64,000 nucleotides of DNA. Origin: Chloroflexota bacterium (GTDB taxonomy: Bacteria; Chloroflexota; Dormibacteria; CF-121). The notes under the pieces are model-generated. The model saw only the letters and a program-made list of their open reading frames with translations. It was not told the DNA's origin and did no database searches. Location of the stretch: NCBI GenBank assembly GCA_005880615.1, contig VBID01000116.1, forward strand, positions 1,494 to 65,493, read 5' to 3'. Position numbers and translations under genes: made by a program. Positions 41,833 through 52,227 of the stretch are shown piece after piece; positions within the stretch are counted from its first letter, which is position 1; each line of letters begins with the position of its first letter.

Positions 41833-43365
41833 ATGATTGCCATCGAGGAATACACCCGGCAGCTCCTCAAGGACCTGCATCCCGTGATCGTGGCCAACCG
41901 GGCCCCGGTCGACGTCCAGCTGGAGGCCGACGAGGAATACCGCTTCGTGCGCGGCGGCGGCGGCCTGGTCACCGGGCTGGCCGGGCTGGCGCAGGCGACC
42001 GGGGCGGTCTGGGTGGCCTGTGCCCGCGAAGGGCCAGACCAGGAGCTGTCGGCCAGCGACGGCTCGGAGCCAATGTCGCTGCAAACCGAGGAAGGGCTGC
42101 GCTACCGGGTCCTGTGGGTGAAGCCGCCCCGGCCGGCCTACGACCTCTACTACAACACCATCGCCAACCCGCTGCTGTGGTTTGTCCAGCACTACCTGTG
42201 GAACCTGGCCGAGGCCCCCATCCTGGACGACAGCACCCATCACGCCTGGACCGAAGGCTACCGCCGGGTCAACCAGCTGTTCGCCCAGCAGGTGGTGAAC
42301 GAGGCCCGCCGCGGCCACAAGCGGTCGCTGGTCCTCTCCCACGACTACCAGCTCTACCTGGTGCCCCGGCTGGTGCGCCGGGAACTACCGGACGCCATCC
42401 TGCAGCATTACGTCCACATCCCCTGGCCCACCCCCCAGTACTGGAAGGTGCTGCCCCAGTACATGCGCGACGAGATCATGGATGGCCTACTGGCCAGCGA
42501 CGTGGTCGGCCTGCAGACGCGCAGTGACGTCCGCAACTTCCTGCTGACCTGCGAAGAGAACATGGGTCTGCCCATCGACCTGCGCCAACAGGTCGCCTTC
42601 TACCGAGGTCGGACGGTGTGGGTGCGTAACTACCCAATCTCCATCGACGTGCGCGAGTTCGAAGCGTCGGCCCGGACGCCGGCCGTCGAGCGCGCTGAAC
42701 GCGATATCCTGCGCTGGCGACCGCGCCACGTGATCTTCCGGGTCGATCGGATGGACCTGTCCAAGAACATCGTCCGCGGGTTTCTCGCCTACGATCGGCT
42801 GCTCCAGGTCCATCCGGAGTGGCGCGGCGAGGTGGTCTTCTGGGCGCTGCTGCAGAAGACGCGTCAGAACGTCAGCGAGTACCGCGAGTATGCCCGCCAG
42901 GTCCAGCAGGCCGTTCGGGTGGTCAATGAACGACACGGCACCCCTACCTGGCAGCCCATCCGGCTCGAACTGCGCGACGACATCCCGCGGGCCATTGCCG
43001 GCTACAAGCAGTTCGACGTGCTGCTGGTGAACGCCATCTACGACGGCATGAACCTGGTCGCCAAGGAGGGCATCACCGTCAACCGGCGGGGCGGCGTGCT
43101 GGTGCTCTCCGAGAATGCCGGTGCCCACGAAGAGCTGGGCCAGTGGGCGATCACCATCAACCCCTTCGACGTGGACGGCACGGCCGAGGCGCTCCACCGG
43201 GCGTTGCTGATGGACGGGGTGGAACGCCATGCCCGCGCCGAGAAAATGCGCGGGGTGGTGGAACAGAACGACATTGCCCGCTGGATCTCGGCCCAGCTGC
43301 AGGACCTGCGTGACCTGGTGGAACCCGCGGCCGCCCGCCGGCCGGAGTTACGACAGCTGAGCTAA
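41833..43365 (+). CDS. otsA: Alpha,alpha-trehalose-phosphate synthase (GT20)
   Basis: 510 aa. ANPLLWFVQHYLWN and the UDP-binding region (VNRRGGVLVLSENAGA) are typical of OtsA. Confidence 0.85.
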   Translation: MIAIEEYTRQLLKDLHPVIVANRAPVDVQLEADEEYRFVRGGGGLVTGLAGLAQATGAVWVACAREGPDQELSASDGSEPMSLQTEEGLRYRVLWVKPPRPAYDLYYNTIANPLLWFVQHYLWNLAEAPILDDSTHHAWTEGYRRVNQLFAQQVVNEARRGHKRSLVLSHDYQLYLVPRLVRRELPDAILQHYVHIPWPTPQYWKVLPQYMRDEIMDGLLASDVVGLQTRSDVRNFLLTCEENMGLPIDLRQQVAFYRGRTVWVRNYPISIDVREFEASARTPAVERAERDILRWRPRHVIFRVDRMDLSKNIVRGFLAYDRLLQVHPEWRGEVVFWALLQKTRQNVSEYREYARQVQQAVRVVNERHGTPTWQPIRLELRDDIPRAIAGYKQFDVLLVNAIYDGMNLVAKEGITVNRRGGVLVLSENAGAHEELGQWAITINPFDVDGTAEALHRALLMDGVERHARAEKMRGVVEQNDIARWISAQLQDLRDLVEPAAARRPELRQLS

Positions 43366-43377
43366 CCCGGGGTCGAG

Positions 43378-43734
43378 CTACTCCCAGAGGTGGCGAGCAG
43401 CCGCCAGCTCGGGGAAGTCCGCCTCGGGGAGAGGCAGCCGCTGCTTGGAGGCGGCCTCCATCAACGAGAAAATGACCTTCACGCCGGCCAGGTTGATCCC
43501 GCTGACGGTGGTCAGCTCGCGGATCAGGCGGACGCGTTCGATGTCGCGCCGCGAGTAGCGCCGGCGCTGGGTGGGGGTGCGCTCGGGCGCGATCAGGTGC
43601 TCACTCTCGTACACGAAGAGGGTGCGCGGTTCAATGTCGAACATGTCCGAGACTTCGCTGGACTTATGGGCCACCGGCTCGCCTCCCGCAAAGCAGTATA
43701 GCCGATATATCAACATTCGTGATAAACGTCGCAC
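43378..43734 (-). CDS. MerR-family regulator, HspR-like, paralog 2 (divergent N-terminus)
   Basis: EPRTLFVYESEHLIAPERTPTQRRRYSRRDIERVRLIRELTTVSGINLAGVKVI. Confidence 0.6.
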   Translation of the reverse strand: MRRLSRMLIYRLYCFAGGEPVAHKSSEVSDMFDIEPRTLFVYESEHLIAPERTPTQRRRYSRRDIERVRLIRELTTVSGINLAGVKVIFSLMEAASKQRLPLPEADFPELAAARHLWE

Positions 43735-43907
43735 CGTACCGAAACTGCGCCTTCACCGGCTTCGGCTCGCACCCGACCGATGTGGTGATCGGACATTCGC
43801 AACTGGTGTGGCGCTGCTTATCACCTTAGCGAGGCAAGGCTTCGCTTGAACGGCCGGCGGACGGCCGCTACGCTGTCGCACCAGGCCTGACCAGCCTTAA
43901 GCCCAGC

Positions 43908-45038
43908 ATGTCGAGCATCTTACGGCACGCCTCCGCCTTCGCACGACAGCTCGTGCTGAGCTTGTGCCTGTTCAGCCTGCTGGCGTCGCCGTTCGGGGTC
44001 CGGACCTATCTGGACGTGCAGGCGGCCCAGCGCGCCGCGGCGGCCCAGCAACTGAGCGTCATCGACCGGCCGGCCATCGTGTCGGCTCGGACCTCCGCCA
44101 CCAGCGTCCGGCCGTTTGATCAGCCCGAGCGCGCGGCGATCGATGCGGTGCGCGGCAAGGGCGCCTGGTTCATGATCTTCGCCAGCGACTGGACGAATCC
44201 TGATGCCGACCGGGCCTGGGACATGGTGGATGCGGCGGTCAAGGCCGACCTGAGCCACATCTACGTGCGGGTGGCCGACTCCCGGGCGCACTTCTACGGT
44301 GCCCCGGCGCTCCAGGACCTGCTTCCCATTGCCCACTCTCGCGGGGTGCGTGTGATCGGCTGGGTCGAACCCGAGCTCTCCGACGCCCATTCCGATGCCG
44401 TCGATGCCATCGCAGCGGCGCGCTACCAGAGTGCTGGACAGCACCTGGATGGCCTGGCGCTGACCGTCGAGCAGAATTGGGACGACAGCTCGATCGAGTG
44501 GTACCTGGGCGGCATCCGGCGCGGCATTGATGGCGCAGTCGGACTGGGTGACCGCTACCTGCTGGTGGCCAGCACCTTCCCGGTTCCGTCCGAGCACCGC
44601 AGCTATCCCTGGGCCACCATGTCCCGCTACTGCCAGGTCTTTGCCCCAATGGCCTACTGGCGGGCCACCGGGCGGCGTCAATTCGTGGGAAGCGGTGGGG
44701 TGCGCGCCTTCCTGGACCAGATCTTTGCCGAGTTCCGCGATCCCGGGATCAATCCCTACCAGCGCCCGGTGTCCATCACGGCACAGGCTTACGACGCGAC
44801 GCTCGAGTACGGCATCCCCGGCTCACCCCCGGGGGAGGAGATCGTCGCCTCCATGGATGAGACCCGGGCCCAGGGTGGGCTCAGCTGGTCCTTCTACCGA
44901 CTGTCCAACGCGGACAACGGCGTGACCGGCGACGAGGCCGCGGCCATCACCGCCTATCCGTTCTGGCAGCGCCCGGCCCCGGCAACGATTGCGCAGAAGG
45001 CCCTGATCGCGGTCGTTGACCAGCCGGCTGCGTACTGA
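43908..45038 (+). CDS. Secreted hypothetical protein, putative TIM-barrel glycosidase-like fold
   Basis: Signal peptide. 376 aa. The assignment is weak. Confidence 0.4.
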   Translation: MSSILRHASAFARQLVLSLCLFSLLASPFGVRTYLDVQAAQRAAAAQQLSVIDRPAIVSARTSATSVRPFDQPERAAIDAVRGKGAWFMIFASDWTNPDADRAWDMVDAAVKADLSHIYVRVADSRAHFYGAPALQDLLPIAHSRGVRVIGWVEPELSDAHSDAVDAIAAARYQSAGQHLDGLALTVEQNWDDSSIEWYLGGIRRGIDGAVGLGDRYLLVASTFPVPSEHRSYPWATMSRYCQVFAPMAYWRATGRRQFVGSGGVRAFLDQIFAEFRDPGINPYQRPVSITAQAYDATLEYGIPGSPPGEEIVASMDETRAQGGLSWSFYRLSNADNGVTGDEAAAITAYPFWQRPAPATIAQKALIAVVDQPAAY

Positions 45039-45055
45039 TTCCAGGAAGCCAACGC

Positions 45056-46966
45056 ATGAATCTGTTTCGCCGCCGCCAACCGCCCGCCTCCGGTGGCCTC
45101 CCCGACTGGCGGATCGGGCTGGCGGTGGGCGCCGGGGCGGTGGCCGCCACCGCCCTGGCGTTCGTCATCGCCACGGCTACCGGGTCCACCCGGTCCATCT
45201 GGAATCAGCCTCAGACCCCCATCGGCGATGTCCTGAACCGGGTTGACGCCGGGCAGGTCAAGAGCGCCGTCATCACCGGCGAGCGCGTCGTCCTGACCGA
45301 TCGCAAAGGCGCCACCTTCTGGACCCAGAAGGAAAGCGGGACGGCGATCGCCGACGAACTGCGCCAGCATGGGGTGCAGGTCAGCGTTGCCCCCGGCGAC
45401 TCCTCCGACCTGGTGCGGACCCTGCCCAACCTGGTGGGGCTGCTCCTGCTGGTGGCGCTGGTGTTCCTGCTCCTGCGCCGGTCCAACCTGCTGGGGAGCC
45501 CGATGGGCGCCTTCTCCAAGCACCTGCGGGAGGCCGGCCGGGAATCGTCCGCGGTCGTCACCTTCGCCGAGGTGGCGGGCGTGGACGAGGCCAAGCAGGA
45601 GCTGGAAGAGGTCGTTCGATTTCTCCGGACGCCCGCCGGCTTTCGCGAGCTGGGGGCGCGCATGCCGCGCGGCGTGCTCCTGATCGGCCCCCCCGGGACT
45701 GGCAAGACGTTGCTGTCGCGAGCCGTGGCCGGCGAGGCCGGGGTGCCCTATTTCTCCCTCAGCGGGTCCGACTTCGTGGAGATGTTCGTCGGGGTGGGAG
45801 CGGCGCGGGTCCGGGACCTGTTCCGCCACGCCAAGAAGCACGCCCCCTGCATCATCTTCATCGACGAGATCGATGCCCTGGGTCGGAAGCGCGGGGCATC
45901 GTTCGGGCGCACCAACGAGGAGCGAGAACAAACCCTCAACCAGCTGCTGGTGGAGATGGACGGCTTCCACACCGACGAGGCGGTGGTCGTGGTGGCGGCC
46001 ACCAACCGGCCCGACGTGCTGGATCCGGCCTTGCTCCGATCCGGCCGCTTCGACCGACGGGTGGCCATCGAGTCCCCCGACATCAACGGGCGGCGCGCCA
46101 TCCTCGCCCTGTACGCGCGCGCGAAACCGTTGTCGCCCGAGATCGACCTGGAGGTGATCGCCCGGCAGACGCCGGGGTTCACGGGGGCGGACCTGGCCAA
46201 CCTGCTGAACGAGGCGGCCATCCTGGCCGCCCGGGGCGGCAAGCGGGTGATCGGCCGCAGCGAGATGGAAGAGGCCGCCTTTCGGGTGATGGCGGGGCCC
46301 GAGAAGCGCAGCCGGATCCTCACCCCGGAGGAGAAGGCCATCGTTGCCTACCACGAGGTGGGCCATGCGCTCTGCATGAAGTCGATCGCCAAGAGCGACC
46401 CGGTCCATAAGGTTTCCATCGTGGCCCGCGGCCAGGCGCTGGGCGTGACCGTGCAGCTGCCGAGACGCGATCGCTATCTCACCTCGAAGTCCGAATTGCA
46501 GGCCCGGATGGTGGCGGCCATGGGCGGTCGGGCGGCCGAAGAGATCATCTTCGGCGATGCCACCACCGGGGCGAAGCAGGACATCGAGGTCGCCACCAGC
46601 ATCGCCCGGCACATGGTGTGTGAGTTCGGGATGAGCGAGCGGCTGGGCCTGGTCACCCTGCGCGCCCGCGACGATGATGACTCGCCGCTGATCTCGGAGC
46701 TGACCGCTGAGGACGTGGACGCGGAGGTGAAGGCGCTGATCGACGCGGCGTACCGGCAGGCGGTGCAGATCCTGCAGGAGAAGCGCGCCATCCTGGTCCA
46801 AATCGCGGAACATCTGCAGCAGGTGGAGACCATTGATGGGGCCGAGCTGGATGGCCTCCTCGCCTCGGACCCGGCGGCCATGCCGAGGCTGCCGGAGCGG
46901 CGGATGCCGGTCGAGGAGTCTGGTCGGGGCGCGCAGGTCGCGGCGGCGGAAGCCGACCAGGCCTAG
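45056..46966 (+). CDS. ftsH: ATP-dependent zinc metalloprotease FtsH
   Basis: N-terminal TM helices, AAA module ([18 protein letters not shown] region) and the M41 peptidase HEVGHAL zinc motif. Confidence 0.9.
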   Translation: MNLFRRRQPPASGGLPDWRIGLAVGAGAVAATALAFVIATATGSTRSIWNQPQTPIGDVLNRVDAGQVKSAVITGERVVLTDRKGATFWTQKESGTAIADELRQHGVQVSVAPGDSSDLVRTLPNLVGLLLLVALVFLLLRRSNLLGSPMGAFSKHLREAGRESSAVVTFAEVAGVDEAKQELEEVVRFLRTPAGFRELGARMPRGVLLIGPPGTGKTLLSRAVAGEAGVPYFSLSGSDFVEMFVGVGAARVRDLFRHAKKHAPCIIFIDEIDALGRKRGASFGRTNEEREQTLNQLLVEMDGFHTDEAVVVVAATNRPDVLDPALLRSGRFDRRVAIESPDINGRRAILALYARAKPLSPEIDLEVIARQTPGFTGADLANLLNEAAILAARGGKRVIGRSEMEEAAFRVMAGPEKRSRILTPEEKAIVAYHEVGHALCMKSIAKSDPVHKVSIVARGQALGVTVQLPRRDRYLTSKSELQARMVAAMGGRAAEEIIFGDATTGAKQDIEVATSIARHMVCEFGMSERLGLVTLRARDDDDSPLISELTAEDVDAEVKALIDAAYRQAVQILQEKRAILVQIAEHLQQVETIDGAELDGLLASDPAAMPRLPERRMPVEESGRGAQVAAAEADQA

Positions 46967-46990
46967 CCCGAATCTACCGGCTTCCTCTAG
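46964..46990. repeat. Short remnant of the MITE-like element (terminal repeat only)
   Basis: TAGCCCGAATCTACCGGCTTCCTCTAG. It supplies the TAG stop of ftsH and the CTA (TAG) stop of the minus-strand MerR gene. Confidence 0.55.
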
Positions 46991-47334
46991 ATAATCTCGG
47001 CGTACAGCTCGTACACGATGCGCAGGTCGTCTGGCGGGCGAACCTTATTTAGCTTCAGCGCTTGCAGCAGCATCAGGATGTACTTGACGCCGGCCAGGTT
47101 GACGCCCTTCTCTCGGGTCAGCTGCTGGATGACCTGCAGTTTGCGCACATTGCGCTGCGAGTAGCGTCGCCGGTTGGTCGACGTCCGGTAGGGTTCGATC
47201 AGGCCCAGGTCCTCATACATCATCAGCGTGCGGGGATGGGTTTCCAGGATTTCGGACGCGACGCTGATGGTGTAGAGGGGCTTGTCGAGGTCGAACCCGG
47301 CGGACAAGGGGACCCGACGCTCGGTAGCGGCCAC
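46987..47334 (-). CDS. MerR-family regulator, HspR-like, paralog 3 (operon with the upstream receiver gene)
   Basis: LDKPLYTISVASEILETHPRTLMMYEDLGLIEPYRTSTNRRRYSQRNVRKLQVIQQLTREKGVNLAGVKYIL. Confidence 0.75.
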   Translation of the reverse strand: MAATERRVPLSAGFDLDKPLYTISVASEILETHPRTLMMYEDLGLIEPYRTSTNRRRYSQRNVRKLQVIQQLTREKGVNLAGVKYILMLLQALKLNKVRPPDDLRIVYELYAEII

Positions 47335-47337
47335 GGC

Positions 47338-47727
47338 TCAGTCCTTGACCCAGTCCTGCACGCCGCGGCTGAGGCTGGCTGGCGTCGTCTCCGACTTGAT
47401 CAAGTAATCAAGGGCGCCCAGCTTGAGGCCGCGGTCGACCAGCTCCTTCTCGCCGTAGTTGGAGAGGATGATGACCGGAATGTTCCTGGTCACGGTGTCC
47501 TGGCGGAGGTTTTCGAGCACGGCGAACCCGTCCATCTTGGGCAGCCGGATATCCAGGAAGACGATGTCCGGGACCAGCTTCTTGGCCTGTTCCAGGCCCT
47601 CCTCGCCCGACTTGGCCACGGTCACGCGGTAGCCATCCAGCTCCAGCTTGAGTTTGTACATCTCAGCCACAGCCGGGTCGTCCTCGATAAAGAGGACGTT
47701 GACCTCCTCGTCGACGACTTCACTCAT
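47338..47727 (-). CDS. Orphan single-domain response regulator (receiver only), paired with MerR paralog 3
   Basis: Start at MSEVVDEE with a strong GGAGGAAGGAG RBS. Receiver motifs VLFIEDD, IVFLDIRLPKMDG, VIILSN, LGALDYLIK. Confidence 0.75.
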   Translation of the reverse strand: MSEVVDEEVNVLFIEDDPAVAEMYKLKLELDGYRVTVAKSGEEGLEQAKKLVPDIVFLDIRLPKMDGFAVLENLRQDTVTRNIPVIILSNYGEKELVDRGLKLGALDYLIKSETTPASLSRGVQDWVKD

Positions 47728-47903
47728 GGGCGCTCCTTCCTCCTGTATAACATCTCTATCACCTTTCCCGCACTGGCGCCGGGGAAAGTATACGGCAGCG
47801 TGGGATGAAATAGCACCCTGGGCGGGGGGTGTTTTGGGCGGGTCGCCGAGACAGTGGTACGATGGCACGATCGCGCGGCGCAGACCGCCAGGAGGCTGAC
47901 AGG

Positions 47904-48125
47904 GTGGGCTATTTAAGGGGTGTCGTACACGGGGCGTTGCTGGGCGCGTGCCTGGGGTTGCTCTATGCGCCGGCAGCGGGGGTGGTAACCCGCAAGCGGG
48001 TGAGCCACTGGCTCCAGGAGGCCGAGGAGGCTCTGGGCGGAGCCGGCGACGGGGCCGAACGCCGGGCTCCCGCCCGCAGCGGATCAGGGGTAGCCAGCCG
48101 GCCAAAGCGGGCACCGGCGTCATAG
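47904..48125 (+). CDS. YtxH-like (DUF948) general-stress membrane protein
   Basis: GTG start preceded by AGGAGG. GALLGACLGLLYAPAAGVVTRKRV matches the YtxH hydrophobic helix + KxGxETRE pattern. Confidence 0.5.
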   Translation: MGYLRGVVHGALLGACLGLLYAPAAGVVTRKRVSHWLQEAEEALGGAGDGAERRAPARSGSGVASRPKRAPAS

Positions 48126-48134
48126 GAGGAACCG

Positions 48135-48488
48135 ATGGAGCAGACCGTGGACAAGACTGTGGAGCGTCTGAGCGAGATCCTGGACCGCGCCACCAAGGCG
48201 GCTAGCGACCTGGAGCTGAAGGACCGGCTGGGCGACGCGGTGTCAGCCCTGCGCCGGACCCGGCTGCGGCAACCCGATGAGGATGCGGGGATCGAACGCT
48301 TTGTCACCGGGTTGCTGCTCGGGGTGGGCATCGGTTTTGGCCTGGCCCTCTTGCTGGCCCCCAAGAGCGGCGAGGAGATGCGGGAAGACCTGATGCAGCG
48401 GGGGATCGAGCTCCGGGACCGGGCCAGCGGTCTGGCCGCGCGGGTGCCGTTCGGCGACGGCGGCGAAAAGACCCCCAGCGAGTCCTAG
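48135..48488 (+). CDS. YtxH-like (DUF948) general-stress protein
   Basis: GLLLGVGIGFGLALLLAPKSGEEMREDLMQRG is the YtxH signature. Confidence 0.6.
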   Translation: MEQTVDKTVERLSEILDRATKAASDLELKDRLGDAVSALRRTRLRQPDEDAGIERFVTGLLLGVGIGFGLALLLAPKSGEEMREDLMQRGIELRDRASGLAARVPFGDGGEKTPSES

Positions 48489-48512
48489 CCCGAATCCCGG
48501 CTTAGCCCGATC
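48487..48512. repeat. Minimal remnant of the MITE-like element (terminal repeat pair, no core)
   Basis: TAGCCCGAATCCCGGCTTAGCCCGATCC directly after the stop codon at 48488. Confidence 0.45.
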
Positions 48513-48527
48513 CGCGCCTGGTCCGTC

Positions 48528-50780
48528 CTACCCATGGGGCGACGGCGACGGCGATGGTGACACTCCGGGCTGCGGCGGCAGCTTCTGGCACAGCCCGGGC
48601 GGCAGGTCGATCGGGCAGGGGAGCAGGTCTTCGGGGGGCGGGGGCGGTGGCGGAACCGGGTTGATGACGCAGTAGACACCGTCCACGATGGTGTCGCTCC
48701 AGGTGAGGGTCCACTTGTTGAAGGTGGTGAAGGGGCAGCGCGGCCAGTCCTTGTCCAGGCTGGGGTTGGCGCCTGCGGTGCCCGGCAGGAAGTAGTTGTC
48801 GCCCTGGCGGGTAAGCCCGTCTGGGACCGGATACCACTCGTCGGGCACCCCGCCCAGAGCTTCCATCATGTAGCGGTGCCAGATGGGGGCGGCGCCGATG
48901 ATGCCGGTGGAGTTGTGGCTGAGGGGAGCGTTGTTCGGATTGCCGATCCAGACCGCGGTCGCCAGCCGCGGGGTGAAGCCGACCGTCCAGTTGTCCCGAA
49001 AGTCCTGCGTGGTCCCCGTCTTGGCGGCCACCCGCCGGCCCGGGAGTGTGAGGTCGCCGTGGCAGCCGAACGACAGGCAGCGGTTCCGGTCGTCCGACAT
49101 GATCGCCCCGACGATGTAGCTGACCTGCGGGGAGAGGGCGCGGTATTCATTCTTTGATGGGTCGTAGGTGTACTTGACGCGGCCCAGTCCGTCCTGGATC
49201 TTCAAAATGGCGGTCGGCTGGTGGCGAATCCCCAGGGTGGCCAGGGTCGAGGCCCCGGTCGCCATGTCGAGCACGCGCACGCCATAGGAGCCGAGTGTCA
49301 GGCTGATCGAAAAGTGGTTGTCGTCGAACTCCTGACAATCGCTTGGATTCCCTGGGACTGCCCAGCAGCTAATCCCCATGCGGCGGGCGGCGCTCAGCAC
49401 GGTCGGGACGCCTACCTTCATCTCCACCTTGAGGGCCGGGATGTTGAGGGAGTTGCCCATCACCATCTTGACCGGCAGGGTGCCGTGATACGCGCCGTCA
49501 TAGTTCTGGGGGGCGTACTGCTCGTGGCCGGACCCGCCACCGATGGGGAAGACCAGCGCTTCGTCCTTGACCGGCGTCGTCATGTTGACCCGCCCGCTCT
49601 CGATGGCGGCGGTGTAGGTGAACATCTTGAAGCTGGAACCCGGCTGCCGCGGTGCAACCGCCATGTTGATCTGGCCTCCGGGGCGGTTATAGTCATCGCC
49701 GCCCACCATGGCCAGGATCTCGCCGGTCCGCGGATCCATGGAGACCAGCGCGGCATCGTGGAAGTTGTAATAGTTCCCCACCGAGGTGATCTGGTCGCGG
49801 ACGGTCCGTTCGGCAATCTGCTGGAGGTCCATGCGCAGGCTGGTGAAGATCCGGTACCCCTTCCGGTCGCTGGGGGCGATGCCGTAGTCCTTCTGCAGGG
49901 AATGCAGCACGTAGTCGACGAAGTGCGGTGCCAGGAACTTGTTGATGGGCGGGTAGATGGTGAGCTGCTCGGCAAACGCCTTATCGGCCTGGGCCTGGGT
50001 GATGTCGTGTTGCTCGACCATGCCCTGCAAGACCTCACGCTGCCGGATCTTGGCCTGTTGTGGATTGCGCAGGGGATCGTTCCGGGTGGGCGCCTGGGGC
50101 AGGCCGGCCAGCATAGCCGCTTGGGCTAGGGTCAGGTCGTGGGCATTGCTCTGAGGGCCAAAGTAGCTGCGGGCCGCCGACTCCACGCCGTAGCTTTGCT
50201 CGCCGTAGTAGATGGTGTTGAGGTAGAGCTCCAGGATCTGGTTCTTGGTATACCGCTGGTTCAACTCCAGCGCCAGGATGCCTTCGCGCACCTTGCGCTG
50301 CAGCGTAGGCGGGGGGTTGGCTCCGATGAACACTTGCTTAACCAGCTGCTGGCTGATGGTGCTGCCCCCTTGGGTGATCTTGCGATGGGTGAGGTTGGCG
50401 AAGGCGGCCCGGACGATGCCGCCCAGGTCAATGCCACTGTTCTGGAAGAAGGTGCGGTCCTCGCTGGACAGGGTCGCTTTGACCAGCAGGGGTGACATGT
50501 AGCTGAGCGGGACCACGATCCGGTGGTCGCCGGATGCGCCAATATCGGCCAGCAATGCCCCGTTGCGGTCGAAGATCAGGGTGTCCTGATCCAGGCCGCT
50601 GGCGGACAGACCTTGCACGGTGGGCAGCGGCCCCACGGTCTGGGCGGCGACCGCCGGGATCGCCATGCCGGTCAGGATGAAGAGGACCAGGAAGCCCAGC
50701 AGCAGGATGCGCCGCAGATCGGCGCGGCTGCGCCGCCGCCACAGCTGGACATGACGCCGGGTTCGCTGCCTGGACGTCAT
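48528..50780 (-). CDS. Class A penicillin-binding protein (transglycosylase + transpeptidase)
   Basis: GT51 motifs (EDRTFFQNSGID, RKITQGGSTISQQ). Transpeptidase SSFK, SLN and KTGT motifs. N-terminal TM anchor. Start set at MTSRQRTRR. Confidence 0.85.
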   Translation of the reverse strand: MTSRQRTRRHVQLWRRRSRADLRRILLLGFLVLFILTGMAIPAVAAQTVGPLPTVQGLSASGLDQDTLIFDRNGALLADIGASGDHRIVVPLSYMSPLLVKATLSSEDRTFFQNSGIDLGGIVRAAFANLTHRKITQGGSTISQQLVKQVFIGANPPPTLQRKVREGILALELNQRYTKNQILELYLNTIYYGEQSYGVESAARSYFGPQSNAHDLTLAQAAMLAGLPQAPTRNDPLRNPQQAKIRQREVLQGMVEQHDITQAQADKAFAEQLTIYPPINKFLAPHFVDYVLHSLQKDYGIAPSDRKGYRIFTSLRMDLQQIAERTVRDQITSVGNYYNFHDAALVSMDPRTGEILAMVGGDDYNRPGGQINMAVAPRQPGSSFKMFTYTAAIESGRVNMTTPVKDEALVFPIGGGSGHEQYAPQNYDGAYHGTLPVKMVMGNSLNIPALKVEMKVGVPTVLSAARRMGISCWAVPGNPSDCQEFDDNHFSISLTLGSYGVRVLDMATGASTLATLGIRHQPTAILKIQDGLGRVKYTYDPSKNEYRALSPQVSYIVGAIMSDDRNRCLSFGCHGDLTLPGRRVAAKTGTTQDFRDNWTVGFTPRLATAVWIGNPNNAPLSHNSTGIIGAAPIWHRYMMEALGGVPDEWYPVPDGLTRQGDNYFLPGTAGANPSLDKDWPRCPFTTFNKWTLTWSDTIVDGVYCVINPVPPPPPPPEDLLPCPIDLPPGLCQKLPPQPGVSPSPSPSPHG

Positions 50781-51235
50781 GCGTGCGCGAAGCCAGCGAT
50801 GCCAGCCAGCATGAGCCAAGCCGCCAGCAGGAGAGCGAATGCCCAGACCGATGCGGTGCCGAGCGAGCGCCAGAGGGCCTGCCGGCGCCGGCGGCGCCGC
50901 TGCTCACGGCGGAGCAGCATGGCGGGCGCCGCGGCGGTCACGCTGGCCACCTGCCTCGGATCCATGATCGGCATCCTCAAGGGCATTCAGTTCTCTCGCG
51001 CAGGCCGTCGCCGGCCCGCGTCCTGTCCAACGACCCAGCGGGTGGGAAGTTACGCGCTCCTTCGACTGTGCGTGTCGTAAGTAGATATACCATTCCTATC
51101 AGTTAAGGTCGGTGTGATTTCTGACGGCGCTCTGGGGCGCCGGGGCTTCGGGAGACCCGCAGCTGGCCGCCTATAATGCCTGCTAGCTCAGCAGAATGCA
51201 ACCCCCAGGGGCTGTATGAATGGAGGGGATTCCCG

Positions 51236-51715
51236 GTGTTTTGTCGGGCCTGCGGCAAGCAGATCGAAGCGGACGCCCGCTTCTGCCGCTTCTGCGGGAA
51301 GTCTCAAGCGGAGGGGCCGGCGGTGGCCTCGGCAGGGCCGGGCGCCAAGGCGGCCACCGGCTCCGGTTCGAAGACCCGGTTGGATGACGTGCTAGGAGGT
51401 ATGGGGTTGGAACGCTGGCTCCGCCGGGTCTTTCCCCGGCACCATCTGCAGGACGAGATCACCCATTTCCTGACCATCGCCGCCATCGTGATCGGGGTGG
51501 TCGGCTTTCTGCTGGCTCTCTTTCCGCCCCTGGGAGCTGGGTTGTACGCGCTGGCCTGGCTGCTGTTCGCCGTCCTCTTGATGCTGTTTGTCATGCACCG
51601 AGATGCCACACTGGCTCATACCCGAACCGACCAGGTCGGGGATGCCTCGACCGGGCGCCATCACGCCGGCCGGGGAGCGGCGCCCGACCGTGGGGATGCC
51701 CAGGTAAAGAAATAG
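51236..51715 (+). CDS. Zinc-ribbon domain membrane protein
   Basis: GTG start with GGAGGGG 7 nt upstream. FCRACGKQIEADARFCRFCG is a double CxxC. Two TM helices follow. Confidence 0.5.
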   Translation: MFCRACGKQIEADARFCRFCGKSQAEGPAVASAGPGAKAATGSGSKTRLDDVLGGMGLERWLRRVFPRHHLQDEITHFLTIAAIVIGVVGFLLALFPPLGAGLYALAWLLFAVLLMLFVMHRDATLAHTRTDQVGDASTGRHHAGRGAAPDRGDAQVKK

Positions 51716-51862
51716 CAGGCCCTGAGCGGGCCGGCTTGTCGAGTTGGGCGGAGTTAGGGGGCGGTCGGCTCGGTAGGCTCCTCGGCCGGCTTGGCCGTCG
51801 CCCGGCGGACCCAGTTGCCGGCGCGCGTTCGATCCTGCTCTTGGCCTGCTGGCCTTTGCCTT

Positions 51863-51943
51863 CCTACTCCATCTTCTGGTTGCCAGTCAGCTTGCCGGCC
51901 AGATCCTTGGCCTCGCCCTGGATCTTGTCTTTGTATCCGCCCA
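51863..51943 (-). CDS. CsbD-like stress-response peptide (26 aa, possibly a truncated gene)
   Basis: Minus strand encodes MGGYKDKIQGEAKDLAGKLTGNQKME (GTG start, AGAGG 7 nt upstream). It matches one CsbD KxxGxxK...GxxTGN repeat. Not in the ORF track because it is under the length cut-off. Confidence 0.3.
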
Positions 51944-52093
51944 CGGATGCACCTCTCAGCAGCAGGTTGATAGCCGCGCTATCAGCTATACCAGTGGCCC
52001 TCGATCGCGAGAGTCTCCTGCTGCAGGTATCCCCGATTCCGCCCAGCAGGTTCGCGTCGCCATGCCCATTTCATAAGTCTTTACAAAACTTCG

Positions 52094-52123
52094 GTTGAGG
52101 GGAATCCGTGGCGAGGAATATAC
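52094..52123 (+). promoter_or_regulatory. Putative sigma-70-type promoter (TTGAGG-N18-TATACT) upstream of MerR paralog 4
   Basis: Hexamer match by eye about 100 nt upstream of the ATG at 52228. Not supported by anything else. Confidence 0.3.
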
Positions 52124-52227
52124 TGCTAGCCAATTTCCGGCCGGGCGGGCTATCAGACAACCCGCTACGACAGCCGGGCGAAGAAGTGACTAGAGCAGCC
52201 CCCGGGGTAAAAGGAGTCGCGCCCAAC

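Noticed and set aside
51736-52098. 120-aa + strand ORF.
   Set aside because: Pro/Leu/Ser-rich translation with no RBS. The opposite strand encodes a CsbD-like peptide with an RBS, and a MerR gene starts at 52228.
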